From Candidatus Peregrinibacteria bacterium (GTDB taxonomy: Bacteria; Patescibacteriota; Gracilibacteria; UBA1369; LOWO2-01-FULL-3), in NCBI GenBank assembly GCA_030592015.1, contig JAUUZY010000004.1, positions 6,905 through 70,904 of the forward strand: 64,000 bases of DNA, given 5' to 3'. Shown in pieces: positions 46,427 to 57,476 of this stretch (the first letter of the stretch is position 1; each line of letters starts with the position of its first letter). The notes beneath the pieces are model-generated. The model was not told the DNA's origin, searched no databases, and was given only the letters and a program-made list of their open reading frames with translations. The position numbers and the translations under genes are program-made.

Positions 46427-46882
46427 TTAAGAATTAAAAGACGCTTTGACCATTGCAATTCGGTCAATAACCATTTGTCTCAGATTAGTATCTGAATTTG
46501 CCAAAATTCGAACTGCCGCCAAAGCCGCATTCTTTGGATCTACCACCGCCATAGCAGGAGTGTCACCTGGCATCTGCAAAGTACTGTTAATATTCACCAT
46601 AAAATCAGCCTTATCCTTATGAGGGGGACAAGCAATAACAGGGTGCACACTATTTGCAGCAACGACACCGGAAAGACCATTCGACCTACCGGCAACAGTT
46701 ATATAAACCATATTTTCATCACTGGCATTATTTGCAGTGACAATTTCCAAAACTTTCTCAGGAACTTTATGAGCAGAAGCAACAATCACCTCATGCTCCA
46801 CTTCAAACAAATCCAGCTCAGCAGTGATTTTTTTTGTAAAATCCTTATCAACCTCTGAACCAAGTAAAAATAGTACTTTCAT
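46427..46882 (-). CDS. purE: PurE-family (N5-)carboxyaminoimidazole ribonucleotide mutase/carboxylase
   Basis: 151 aa with VASAHKVPEKV and VAGRSNGLSGVVAANSVHPVIACPP motifs. The class (I versus II) cannot be decided by eye. Confidence 0.8.
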   Translation of the reverse strand: MKVLFLLGSEVDKDFTKKITAELDLFEVEHEVIVASAHKVPEKVLEIVTANNASDENMVYITVAGRSNGLSGVVAANSVHPVIACPPHKDKADFMVNINSTLQMPGDTPAMAVVDPKNAALAAVRILANSDTNLRQMVIDRIAMVKASFNS

Positions 46883-46888
46883 ATAATT

Positions 46889-47857
46889 TTAATTAAGATA
46901 TTTTGATAAATTTTCTGATAAACGATCATTTACACTTCCAACTTCAGCCACAAATTCATCGCCAGTGATCAATTCATAAGCCTCTATGTAACGTCGCGCA
47001 GTCTCCGCTTTTATTTCATCCGGAATCTCAGGAACATCTCCTTCACCAACGAAACCTTTACCCGCCAACCATTCTCTCAAATATTCCTTATCTATCTTTT
47101 TCTGCTCTTCCCCACTAGCGAACCTCTCGTCATATTCATTCGCATACCAGAAACGAGAAGAATCCGGTGTATGAATCTCATCAATCAATACAATTTCTCC
47201 ATCAGCATCCATTCCAAATTCATATTTAGTATCAACAAGGATAATCCCCTGCTTAGCAGCAATTTCAACACCTCTCTTATAAAGTTGCATTGCTTTATCC
47301 GCCATATAATCAAACTGTTCCGCAGTTATAACACCTCTATCCAAAATTTCCTGCCTGGAAACAGATTCGTCATGCTCTCCATGCGCAGCCTTTGTAGAAG
47401 GAGTAATAATCGGAGCATCAAACTTTTGATTTTTCTTCAGCCCTTCCGGCAATTCATTTCCACAAAAATTACGAACCCCCTTTTCATAATGAGTCCAAGC
47501 ACTAGTACTCGTCACACCGGTAATATATCCACGAACAACCATCTCCACAGGTAGCGGTGTACATTCCTTTGCAGTAACAACGTTAGGATCAGGAAACTCA
47601 ATCACATGATTTCCTATAATATCCTTAGTTTGTTCAAACCAGAACCTAGCCATCTGATTTAAAACCTGTCCCTTAAAAGGAATCAAAGTAATAATTCTAT
47701 CAAACGCAGACAACCTATCTGAAACAATTATAATTCTCCTATCGTCTTTGGAATAATTATCCCGAACCTTCCCCTCGTACTTGTCCCCAAGACCCGGAAA
47801 ATCTGTTTTATCCAAGCAAAAAGGGATTTGAGCAACTATTTGATCTGTTGTAAGCAT
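46889..47857 (-). CDS. purC: phosphoribosylaminoimidazole-succinocarboxamide (SAICAR) synthase, long form
   Basis: YEGKVRDNY, IIVSDRLSAFD, LVDTKYEFG and PDSSRFW motifs. Confidence 0.85.
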   Translation of the reverse strand: MLTTDQIVAQIPFCLDKTDFPGLGDKYEGKVRDNYSKDDRRIIIVSDRLSAFDRIITLIPFKGQVLNQMARFWFEQTKDIIGNHVIEFPDPNVVTAKECTPLPVEMVVRGYITGVTSTSAWTHYEKGVRNFCGNELPEGLKKNQKFDAPIITPSTKAAHGEHDESVSRQEILDRGVITAEQFDYMADKAMQLYKRGVEIAAKQGIILVDTKYEFGMDADGEIVLIDEIHTPDSSRFWYANEYDERFASGEEQKKIDKEYLREWLAGKGFVGEGDVPEIPDEIKAETARRYIEAYELITGDEFVAEVGSVNDRLSENLSKYLN

Positions 47858-47969
47858 AAAATAAAAGTTAATTAACAATTTTATAATACTGAATCAAAAA
47901 TTGACTAGCAACACCAATCTTAAAAACGAGCAAGTGCTATAGATTGCAAAAAATCACTAAAAGCGATAA

Positions 47970-49307
<1,338 letters not shown>

Positions 49308-49370
49308 GCCCTTGCACAAAACAATATAAAGTGTTAAAACAAAGCCTTATTTGATAAGTAAATCAAAGGC

Positions 49371-50228
49371 ATGTTGAACGAAACGCTAGGCAATATAGAA
49401 AAAACAGAAAAACTAAAATCAAAGCTTTATCAAACACTTGAGAAAGCAGGGCTAAGAAAAAGAAATTGGACAAGCATCCCAGGGGCAAGAGAGATAAATG
49501 AGTTAATGGCTATGGATGATGAATTTTTTGGAATTGAAGTAGAGGCAAGACCAACTGAAAACGGAATAAATGTTGTAATTAGATGCCCCATAGACGCAAG
49601 GCACGACAACGCATTTGTAAAAAGAAGAATCAACACAACAACATTTCTAGAAGCTAGAGAACAAATAGAAATAGAGTCAGAAGAAGACCTAGAAAGACTA
49701 ACTCCAGAAATTCTGAGGGTTATTCAACATGGAATCGCAATAAGCGAATACAATCAAAAAACTCTAATAAAAAACGTTTTCCCCCTAGACAAGGAAGCTC
49801 CTGATCTAAAAAATGGAGATCCAAGAACATACAAGCTTGCCCAAAAATTAAGAGCAGAAGGTCGCGATGAAGAATCAATAAAGAGAATCTGTGAAAACCA
49901 CATACTCAGTAAAAAAATCACCACCAATCTAAAAAAAGCACAAAACATTGCAGAAATAATGGCAATAACAGCAATTGGCGTAGGAGCAACTATGGGCTTC
50001 GAAGGAATAAACCAAGCTATAAATGACATTGGAATAACATTTTCAGATGAAATGGCTCAAATAATTGAACGACTTATTGAGCTAGGAAATACACCAAAAG
50101 ACATGGAAAAACAAATAGCATTTAGAGTAATACTACCTGCATTAAGCTTAGGCTTTCCTGCTTTTCTAATAAGGGAAATGATTATAGGAGCCATCGAAAA
50201 AGTAAAACAAAGACTGGAGAAAGTTTAA
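49371..50228 (+). CDS. hypothetical protein
   Basis: A 285-aa ORF with gene-like composition and hydrophobic segments near the C-terminus. I recognise no family. Confidence 0.4.
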   Translation: MLNETLGNIEKTEKLKSKLYQTLEKAGLRKRNWTSIPGAREINELMAMDDEFFGIEVEARPTENGINVVIRCPIDARHDNAFVKRRINTTTFLEAREQIEIESEEDLERLTPEILRVIQHGIAISEYNQKTLIKNVFPLDKEAPDLKNGDPRTYKLAQKLRAEGRDEESIKRICENHILSKKITTNLKKAQNIAEIMAITAIGVGATMGFEGINQAINDIGITFSDEMAQIIERLIELGNTPKDMEKQIAFRVILPALSLGFPAFLIREMIIGAIEKVKQRLEKV

Positions 50229-50229
50229 A

Positions 50230-50306
50230 TGGTGGGCGCTATAGGAGTCGAACCTATGACCTTCTGGGTGTAAACCAGACGCTCTAACCAACTGAGCTAA
50301 GCGCCC
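50230..50306 (-). tRNA. tRNA-Val (anticodon TAC), CCA encoded
   Basis: The reverse complement GGGCGCTTAGCTCAGTTGGTTAGAGCGTCTGGTTTACACCCAGAAGGTCATAGGTTCGACTCCTATAGCGCCCACCA folds as a cloverleaf with anticodon loop TTTACAC. Confidence 0.9.
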
Positions 50307-50379
50307 CAATAAAAGACCGCAATTAACTTTAATTGCCAGTATTTTTTATCATACCCACGAAAAACTATCAAGAAGAAGA

Positions 50380-51102
50380 TTAGCCTAACATAAAACCATT
50401 TTTCTTAAGCCACTTTTCCTGAGATCGATAATCGGGCATCGCCTCCCCCACCAATCCCCAAAATTTTTTTGAATGATTAAATTCCTTCAGATGCGCAAGT
50501 TCATGCACACAAACATATCGAAACACTTCTCTTGGAGCAAAAAGTAACCTATAGGCAATATTGATACTTCCTTTGCTACTGCAACTTCCAAATCTGGAAT
50601 TCACCCTCTTGAAACGACAATCTCTGAATCGCTTTTTAAAATGCAAATCATTCAATTCATTCAAAACTTCCTCCAAGTATTCACTTTGATCTTTCATAAT
50701 AATCTTCTGCACCAAAAACTTAACCTTCTTAGACCTTTCCTCATCATTCATCTCCTCATTCAAAAAAATCTCAATAATATATCCATCCTTCAAAACAACT
50801 CGTGCATTCTTTCTCTTCTCATCATAAATATTCAACTCATAAACTTTATTATGAGTTGAAATTCGCCCACCATCCTCATAATTAGGTTCAATAAAATCAT
50901 CAGAAAACCCATCCAACTTCTTCACAGACCATTTCAAGAATTTCTCAACAGTCTCATCCCGCTTCCTTCCGCGCAAAAAACGACTAAGCCTCACAACTAT
51001 TTTCCCCTTCCTAATTCGAACAGAAGAACTAAGCTTTGAGACAGATTCATATTCCACATCAAACAATCTCTCCCCTATATTCAATTTATTCGGATACTTC
51101 AT
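50380..51102 (-). CDS. YgjP/DUF45-type (M48-like) zinc metallohydrolase
   Basis: The C-terminal motif CVHELAHLKEFNHSKKFW (HExxH...H) is typical of DUF45. Confidence 0.7.
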   Translation of the reverse strand: MKYPNKLNIGERLFDVEYESVSKLSSSVRIRKGKIVVRLSRFLRGRKRDETVEKFLKWSVKKLDGFSDDFIEPNYEDGGRISTHNKVYELNIYDEKRKNARVVLKDGYIIEIFLNEEMNDEERSKKVKFLVQKIIMKDQSEYLEEVLNELNDLHFKKRFRDCRFKRVNSRFGSCSSKGSINIAYRLLFAPREVFRYVCVHELAHLKEFNHSKKFWGLVGEAMPDYRSQEKWLKKNGFMLG

Positions 51103-51111
51103 ATCCTTCTT

Positions 51112-53850
51112 TTACTTTAAAACAGAATCTTTCGCAAACAATCTAAATTCAGATTGAACAAACCCCATACCAATTAACAAAGTAAGCATCAAGAGATAAA
51201 CACTAAATTCAGGAATTGGAACTGCCGCTAAAAATGGTGTAGCCCCTGTAAAATTCCAGTTTGTATTTCCACTAGAATCATTTGCAAACTGACCAGAAAC
51301 AACAATTTCTGAAGCATTGCTATTGTTACTATCCTTCACATCAATATAATTCAAAGTTCTTGTACTTTGAGGGTCTATAAACCACTCACTATCTGCAACT
51401 GAAGAACGTAAAAGCAAAGCCCCCGTCTGTGTACCTGTCCCCTCTGCAGTCCAAGTATTTGTTACAGTCTGGGTTGTTCCGGCTTCGAACTCCCAGGTTC
51501 CAGCAGTTTGACGAGTCAATTGGTAAAATGTATTCGATCCATCAATTGACTGAGCCACAGCATCTCCATCAAAAATCACTTCATTATTACCATGAGTAAA
51601 TGTTCCAATCGATTGCCTATCCCAATTCCCAGCAATATTCACAGTATTGCCACCAGCAAAAAAATCTCCATCAATAATGGTTAGATCACCATCAAGGTCT
51701 AATGCAGATTGCAAAGTGACATCATCCTGGCCACCATCACCTGAGACATTAATCTCTAAATTATTAAAAGCAATTCCAGCAACATTAAAATAAGATATTG
51801 CTGGGACAAATGTATCAAAAACTACAGTTCCACTATTATGTGTAAACACCCCACCGGTAATTATAAGATCATCAGCAACTTTCAACGTAGTAGGAGCAGA
51901 AAGCGAACCAGTAGTCATATTAAAACTAATGGAACTACCATTTAAATCTAATGTCGTAAGACCAATAGCATCAAACACACCACCAGCAATATCTAACGTA
52001 TCTCCAAAAGAAATGGTCGTCACAGTTTGACCATTAAAAGTTCCACCATCAATATCACCCCTATCACCAAAGCTTACAGAACTAGAACTACCAGCATTAA
52101 ACGTTGCAGTATCAGTTAAAGAATAATTACCACCAACTGAAAACCCACCAGAACCAACATCAAATGTAGTACTTCCAGATTGATCAAAAGTAGTAGCTAT
52201 CGACCAAGTACCAGCTCCCGTATTGTCTATATTACCAACAGCCAAGTCCAATGAATTAAAAGAAAAAGTACCAGTTCCAGCAGTATCAATATCTAAAGAA
52301 GCACTGTTAACCAAAACACTAGGCAAGGCAGCTCCTCCACTCGGCAAATCAAAATCATTATTTGAAAGTATATCCAATTGTCCTCCTCCTCCCTCAAAAC
52401 CATTCTCCACCACCACAGTACTTGTAGAAGCGGCAACAATCTTTGAACCACCACCAGAAGTTTGCAAAAATCCATCACTCAAAGTCAAAGTACCTGTAAC
52501 ATTTATCGTATCCCCACTAGAAATATATAAATAGTTTTGAGTAGGAACACCAAGCATATTCAAGGTCAAATTCTCAACAGTTAAAGAACCATTAACGTTC
52601 ATGCTTCGAGACCCCGGATAAAAACCATCAAACTCTATAATGCCATCACTAGAAGTAAATATTCCACCAGTCTCTACATCAAAGGTAGTCAACACATACA
52701 TAGTTCCTCCACTACCCGGAGCACTAAACGATCCAGAGTCCATATTAAAACTAACACCACCATTTAAATCTAAAGTAGTAAGGCCACTCATATCAACAGT
52801 AGCACCATTTACATCTAATGAGTCTCCAAAAGCAATGGTAGCTGCGGTTTCTCCATCAAAGGTTCCACCATCCAGATCCCCTCTTCCAGAAAAAGTTAAA
52901 GTTGTAGCACTACCAGCAAAAAATGAACCACCATTTTGTGTATAATCACCAGCAATGGAAAAATTTCCACCACCAGCATTACTAATAGTACCTGCGTCAA
53001 GTGTAAGCGTACTATCAAAGTTAAAAGTTCCTGCTCCTGCAGTACCAATTTCTAAAGATGCATTGTTTACAGTAATTACAGGCAAAGAAGTTCCCCCACT
53101 TGGTAAATTAAAATTTGTACTACCAGTAAAATCTATTTGCCCAGTTCCACCATCAAATCCAGTCCCAACAGATACAGACCCCGTAGACACAATTTTAGCA
53201 CCACTAGCCCCCTGAAAAAAACCATCAGTTAAAGTTAACGTTCCTGTAACAGTAACTGTGTCACTACTGCCGAAATAAAGATAATTTTGAGCAGGACTTC
53301 CCGTCAAAGATAAAGTAAGATTGGTGATAGACAAAGAAGAATCAACATTCATAGTTTGAGAGGAAGCAGAAAAAACATTAAAAGCAACAGTACCAGATTG
53401 ATCTACATAAGCTGCACCAGCCTCAACAGTAAAATTCTGAGCCAAAGAAAGAGTTTTTCCAATTCCAGGGGCCTTAAAAGTACCATCACTAAGAGTAAGA
53501 GAATACACATTCAAGTCATAAGAATTAAAATCAATAATACCTGTATATCCGGAAGAAACAGTAAAAACACTAGCTGAAACATTAGTATCAGCAGTCACAC
53601 TTTGTGTACTAGTAGTATTAAAAGTAACTGTATCAGCTGAATCAGGAATACTTCCTCCACAAGAAGTCCAGTTACCACTATCACTCCACGTAGAGGTAGT
53701 TCCATTCCAAACACATGAATCCGCAAAGGCAACAGAGACCGATACAAAAAATGACAATAGCAAAGAAACACTCAAATAGAATCCAACACGCTTAAAAATA
53801 TTCAACAACTTTATTTCAATTAGGATATATGCAAAAAAAAGATAACACAC
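51112..53850 (-). CDS. large secreted repeat (beta-helix-like) surface protein with a PEF-type C-terminal sorting signal
   Basis: A hydrophobic signal region ends AFADSCVWNG..WSDSGNW. Two large tandem modules follow. The C-terminal domain of about 140 aa is, by eye, roughly two-thirds identical to that of the 4465..5847 protein. The protein ends PIPEFSVYLLMLTLLIGMGFVQSEFR. The exact start is uncertain; in-frame TTG codons near 53800 are alternatives. Confidence 0.65.
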   Translation of the reverse strand: MCYLFFAYILIEIKLLNIFKRVGFYLSVSLLLSFFVSVSVAFADSCVWNGTTSTWSDSGNWTSCGGSIPDSADTVTFNTTSTQSVTADTNVSASVFTVSSGYTGIIDFNSYDLNVYSLTLSDGTFKAPGIGKTLSLAQNFTVEAGAAYVDQSGTVAFNVFSASSQTMNVDSSLSITNLTLSLTGSPAQNYLYFGSSDTVTVTGTLTLTDGFFQGASGAKIVSTGSVSVGTGFDGGTGQIDFTGSTNFNLPSGGTSLPVITVNNASLEIGTAGAGTFNFDSTLTLDAGTISNAGGGNFSIAGDYTQNGGSFFAGSATTLTFSGRGDLDGGTFDGETAATIAFGDSLDVNGATVDMSGLTTLDLNGGVSFNMDSGSFSAPGSGGTMYVLTTFDVETGGIFTSSDGIIEFDGFYPGSRSMNVNGSLTVENLTLNMLGVPTQNYLYISSGDTINVTGTLTLSDGFLQTSGGGSKIVAASTSTVVVENGFEGGGGQLDILSNNDFDLPSGGAALPSVLVNSASLDIDTAGTGTFSFNSLDLAVGNIDNTGAGTWSIATTFDQSGSTTFDVGSGGFSVGGNYSLTDTATFNAGSSSSVSFGDRGDIDGGTFNGQTVTTISFGDTLDIAGGVFDAIGLTTLDLNGSSISFNMTTGSLSAPTTLKVADDLIITGGVFTHNSGTVVFDTFVPAISYFNVAGIAFNNLEINVSGDGGQDDVTLQSALDLDGDLTIIDGDFFAGGNTVNIAGNWDRQSIGTFTHGNNEVIFDGDAVAQSIDGSNTFYQLTRQTAGTWEFEAGTTQTVTNTWTAEGTGTQTGALLLRSSVADSEWFIDPQSTRTLNYIDVKDSNNSNASEIVVSGQFANDSSGNTNWNFTGATPFLAAVPIPEFSVYLLMLTLLIGMGFVQSEFRLFAKDSVLK
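51868..53436 (-). repeat. intragenic tandem duplication (two modules of about 250-270 codons)
   Basis: Unit A (aa 139-388) and unit B (aa 389-661) are collinear. Examples: QNYLYFGSSDTVTVTGTLTLTDGF versus QNYLYISSGDTINVTGTLTLSDGF, and LTTLDLNGGVSFNMDSGSFSAP versus LTTLDLNGSSISFNMTTGSLSAP. Confidence 0.8.
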
Positions 53851-53884
53851 AAACTACAAGAAATAATAACTTAAAAAAACAATT

Positions 53885-53970
53885 TGGTGCCCAGAAGAGG
53901 ACTTGAACCTCCACGAGAATAATCTCACTAGCCCCTCAAGCTAGCGCGTCTACCATTCCGCCACCTGGGC
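53885..53970 (-). tRNA. tRNA-Leu (anticodon GAG), CCA encoded
   Basis: The reverse complement folds as a class II tRNA with anticodon stem CTAGC/GCTAG, loop TTGAGGG, a long variable arm and T-loop TTCAAGT. Confidence 0.9.
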
Positions 53971-53973
53971 ATA

Positions 53974-54642
53974 TTGTCAAAAAGCATCGCAATTCTATTG
54001 TATATACGAAAAAAATTCAATTTACTTTCACTAATCAGGCACTATAATAGAAATGTACTAATATTGTTTCTTAATGAATACAAACCAATTCATAAAAAAC
54101 AACAAATACGAAAAGACTTCCTAGGCAAGCGCCTAAATAGCACCCAAAAGAATCTAGAAAATTCTAGCAAAGTGATACGTAAAACACTTGAAGGACTTCC
54201 CGAGTTCAAAAAGGCAACGAAAATTCTTTTCTACGTGCCAATTAAAAATGAAGTGAACATTCTTCCACTCATAGAAAAATCCCTCAAAAACAAAAAAGTT
54301 TTTCTTCCAAAAAGTCACAAAGATAGAAAAATTTTCATTCATCAAATAGAATCACTCGAAGACTTGGAACCTGGAATGTTCAAGGTTCCAGAGCCAAATT
54401 CCAACTGCACAATGGGGAAAGCAGCAGATTTGGACCTGATAATCGTACCGGGAGTGGCATTCGACAAAAAAGGCCTAAGGATAGGATACGGAAAGGGCTA
54501 CTACGACCGATTCCTCAAAAAAACTAAATGCCCAAAAATAGCCCTTGCATACGAATTCCAAATCCACGAGAATATCCCAGGTGAAATTCATGACGAAAAA
54601 GTCGACATGATAGTGACCGAAAAAAACCTATTAACTAATTAA
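53974..54642 (+). CDS. 5-formyltetrahydrofolate cyclo-ligase
   Basis: IRKDFLGKR..., [16 protein letters not shown] and [24 protein letters not shown] motifs. The ORF-track start is a TTG only 3 nt from the tRNA. An in-frame TTG at 54064 is an alternative start. Confidence 0.75.
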   Translation: MSKSIAILLYIRKKFNLLSLIRHYNRNVLILFLNEYKPIHKKQQIRKDFLGKRLNSTQKNLENSSKVIRKTLEGLPEFKKATKILFYVPIKNEVNILPLIEKSLKNKKVFLPKSHKDRKIFIHQIESLEDLEPGMFKVPEPNSNCTMGKAADLDLIIVPGVAFDKKGLRIGYGKGYYDRFLKKTKCPKIALAYEFQIHENIPGEIHDEKVDMIVTEKNLLTN

Positions 54643-54653
54643 CTATATATCTT

Positions 54654-55898
54654 ATGAGCGCAATCCAACAACAGGATCAAGAAATCTACGAAGCGATAGA
54701 GCGAGAAAAAAAAAGACAGGCTGAAGGAGTAGAACTTATCCCTTCAGAAAATTACACATCCGAGGCAGTAATGGAAGCATGCGGATCAATTCTGACAAAC
54801 AAATATTCCGAAGGTTATCCGGGAAAGAGATACTATGGTGGACAAGAAAATATCGACACTATCGAAAATCTGGCAATAGACAGAGCAAAGAAACTTTTTG
54901 GTGCAGAACACGCAAACGTACAACCATACTCAGGCTCTCCAGCTAACACAGCAGTATACTTCGCACTTCTAGAGTTTGGAGACACAGTAATGGGACTAAA
55001 ACTAGACCATGGAGGTCACATTACTCACGGACTACCAATTGCATTCTCAGGAAAAGCATACAACTTCGTACAATATGAAGTAGACAAAGAAACCGGCGAA
55101 ATAGATATGGAAAAAGTCAGAAAACTCGCACATGAACATAAGCCAAAAATGATAGTAGCAGGATTCACAGCGTATCCAAGCGATATAAAGTGGAAAGAAT
55201 TTAGGGAAATTGCCGACGAGGTAGGAGCAATTGCAATGGCAGATATTTCACACACCGCAGGACTAATAGCTGCAGGAGCGCTAGAATCTCCCGTTCCATA
55301 TTTCGACGTAATTACAACCACAACCCACAAAACACTTCGAGGACCGAGAGGCGCAATAATTATGTGTAAGGAAAAATTTGCAAAAGCTATAGACAGAGCA
55401 GTGTTTCCGGGACTACAAGGAGGACCACACGAACATGCAATTGCAGGAAAAGCGATAGCATTCAAAGAAGCAATGCAGCCAGAATTCAAAGAATACGGAA
55501 TGCAGGTAAAGAAAAATGCACATCACCTAGCAGAAGAATTAGTAAAAAAAGGGTTCGACCTTATATCAGGGGGAACAGAAACTCACCTCCTACTTGCAGA
55601 CCTAACAAACAAGAATGTTACAGGAAAACAAGCTCAGGCAAGACTGGACGAGGTTGGAATAACCTTGAACAAGAACACTGTGCCATTCGATACAAGATCA
55701 CCATTTGATCCATCTGGAATAAGATTCGGAACACCCGCAGTCACAACCAGAGGAATGAAAGAAGTAGAAATGGAAATGATCGCAGATTGGATGGACAAAG
55801 TAATTTCAGACATCGACAACACGGAACTACATGCACAAATCAAAGAAGAGGTGAAAGAAATGTGCCTAAAGTTCCCAGTACCAGGAATAAAGGTCTAA
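54654..55898 (+). CDS. glyA: serine hydroxymethyltransferase
   Basis: [10 protein letters not shown] and [13 protein letters not shown] (PLP lysine). 414 aa. Confidence 0.95.
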   Translation: MSAIQQQDQEIYEAIEREKKRQAEGVELIPSENYTSEAVMEACGSILTNKYSEGYPGKRYYGGQENIDTIENLAIDRAKKLFGAEHANVQPYSGSPANTAVYFALLEFGDTVMGLKLDHGGHITHGLPIAFSGKAYNFVQYEVDKETGEIDMEKVRKLAHEHKPKMIVAGFTAYPSDIKWKEFREIADEVGAIAMADISHTAGLIAAGALESPVPYFDVITTTTHKTLRGPRGAIIMCKEKFAKAIDRAVFPGLQGGPHEHAIAGKAIAFKEAMQPEFKEYGMQVKKNAHHLAEELVKKGFDLISGGTETHLLLADLTNKNVTGKQAQARLDEVGITLNKNTVPFDTRSPFDPSGIRFGTPAVTTRGMKEVEMEMIADWMDKVISDIDNTELHAQIKEEVKEMCLKFPVPGIKV

Positions 55899-55900
55899 GC

Positions 55901-57475
55901 CTACAACTTCTTGATCACAATTATAGTAATATCGTCTGCTTGTGGATATTCACCCATGAATGTTCTAAGATCAGTAAGAATTGCATCTCTTAATGCAGTC
56001 GCACTAGGCAGTCCTCCGTTTTGTTGAACAAAAGCGGTAAATCTTTCCATACCATAAGCCTCAACCCTATTTTTCCACGCCTCAGGGATACCATCACTAT
56101 AAACAATAAGGAAGTCTCCACTTCCCAAAGGAACTTCCTCAGTTTTAAGAATCCTAGAAAGGTCACTAATCATACCCAACGCCATTCCCCCAGCAGGAGC
56201 AAGAGTCGCTGTTTTATTCGCAGCACTATAATGAATTATTTGTTCATGACCAGCACTAACATAGTGAAATTTACTATTCAAAGCATCCCATTGCATCAAA
56301 CACAAAGTCATAAAAATACTAGGAAGTGTTTTTATATTTAATACTCTATTAACATCAACCATAACTTTTTTCAAATCTCCCAGTCCGGAGAAACCATAAA
56401 ACAAAGCACTAGCAATAGAACTAACTATTCCAGCAGGCACACCATGTCCAGTCACATCACCCAAATAAAATATCAAGCGATTATCATCCATCTTCAAGAA
56501 ATCATACATATCACCACCAATTTCTCCTGCAGGTATCAAATCGGCACTAATCTCTATCCCGGAAATACTTGGTATGACATCAGGCAAAAGTTGTGCCTGA
56601 ATCTCCTTTGCCAATTCTAATTCACGAGTAATTCTCTCCTGATACAACTTCGCATCAAGACTCGCAGCCAAATCAATGGCCATCCTATTAAAAGCATCAC
56701 CCAAAAATTTCAATTCATCATGCGTTTTAATATTAACTCTAGTCTTAAAATCTCCCTTAGCAATATTTTCCGCGCCCTTAACCAATAGAGCAACCGGCTT
56801 AGTTAGGTGTAAAGACATCCAAAATGACCAAATAACTCCAAGCAAGACACCAAACAAAACCAAATACACAATTCTATTAATGATTAAAGCTACCCTCTCA
56901 TCAAGATTATGATAATCAACAGAATAAACAATTGAATGCTTCTCAGATGCAGGAATGACAAAATAATCAATTAATGTACCAGGGGTCAAATCAGGTATCA
57001 AATTATCATCTTTATCCACAAAAACATCTCCATTCTTAGCTTCATCATTCAAATAGAAGATATCACCATTTAAAGTAAGAAAAGAAATATTTTCCGACTG
57101 AACCTGTTCAAGTAATAGTTGATCAGTAACTCCACGCAAAGGACCACTATACTTTTTATCAAGATCAATAGCCGAATCATAAAGAATCTCTCCAGGATAA
57201 GATATAACCTTTATAGAAGCAAGATCTCCATTTTGCTTAAAAATAGATTGGATTTCACGATTAAAATAAACAAAACTATTTTGAGCCAAGTATAAATCAT
57301 AATCCTTAGCAACAATGGGCGCAGTCAATTTCACAAAGGACAAAGAGTTCAGATAAATATCATCTCCCAATTCCCTCTTTTTCTCGGTAATAAAAAGATA
57401 GGCAGCGACAGAAAATAGAATCACAAAAAGCAGAGAAATTCCTATCAATAATTTTGTTCTAATTCGTATCTGCAT
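55901..57475 (-). CDS. membrane sensor PP2C (SpoIIE/RsbU-type) phosphatase with a periplasmic domain and HAMP
   Basis: Architecture is TM, an extracytoplasmic domain of about 170 aa, TM, HAMP (LTKPVALLVKGAENIAKGDF...), then PP2C (GGDMYDF, GDVTGHGVPAG, DDITIIV). Confidence 0.8.
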   Translation of the reverse strand: MQIRIRTKLLIGISLLFVILFSVAAYLFITEKKRELGDDIYLNSLSFVKLTAPIVAKDYDLYLAQNSFVYFNREIQSIFKQNGDLASIKVISYPGEILYDSAIDLDKKYSGPLRGVTDQLLLEQVQSENISFLTLNGDIFYLNDEAKNGDVFVDKDDNLIPDLTPGTLIDYFVIPASEKHSIVYSVDYHNLDERVALIINRIVYLVLFGVLLGVIWSFWMSLHLTKPVALLVKGAENIAKGDFKTRVNIKTHDELKFLGDAFNRMAIDLAASLDAKLYQERITRELELAKEIQAQLLPDVIPSISGIEISADLIPAGEIGGDMYDFLKMDDNRLIFYLGDVTGHGVPAGIVSSIASALFYGFSGLGDLKKVMVDVNRVLNIKTLPSIFMTLCLMQWDALNSKFHYVSAGHEQIIHYSAANKTATLAPAGGMALGMISDLSRILKTEEVPLGSGDFLIVYSDGIPEAWKNRVEAYGMERFTAFVQQNGGLPSATALRDAILTDLRTFMGEYPQADDITIIVIKKL

Positions 57476-57476
57476 A

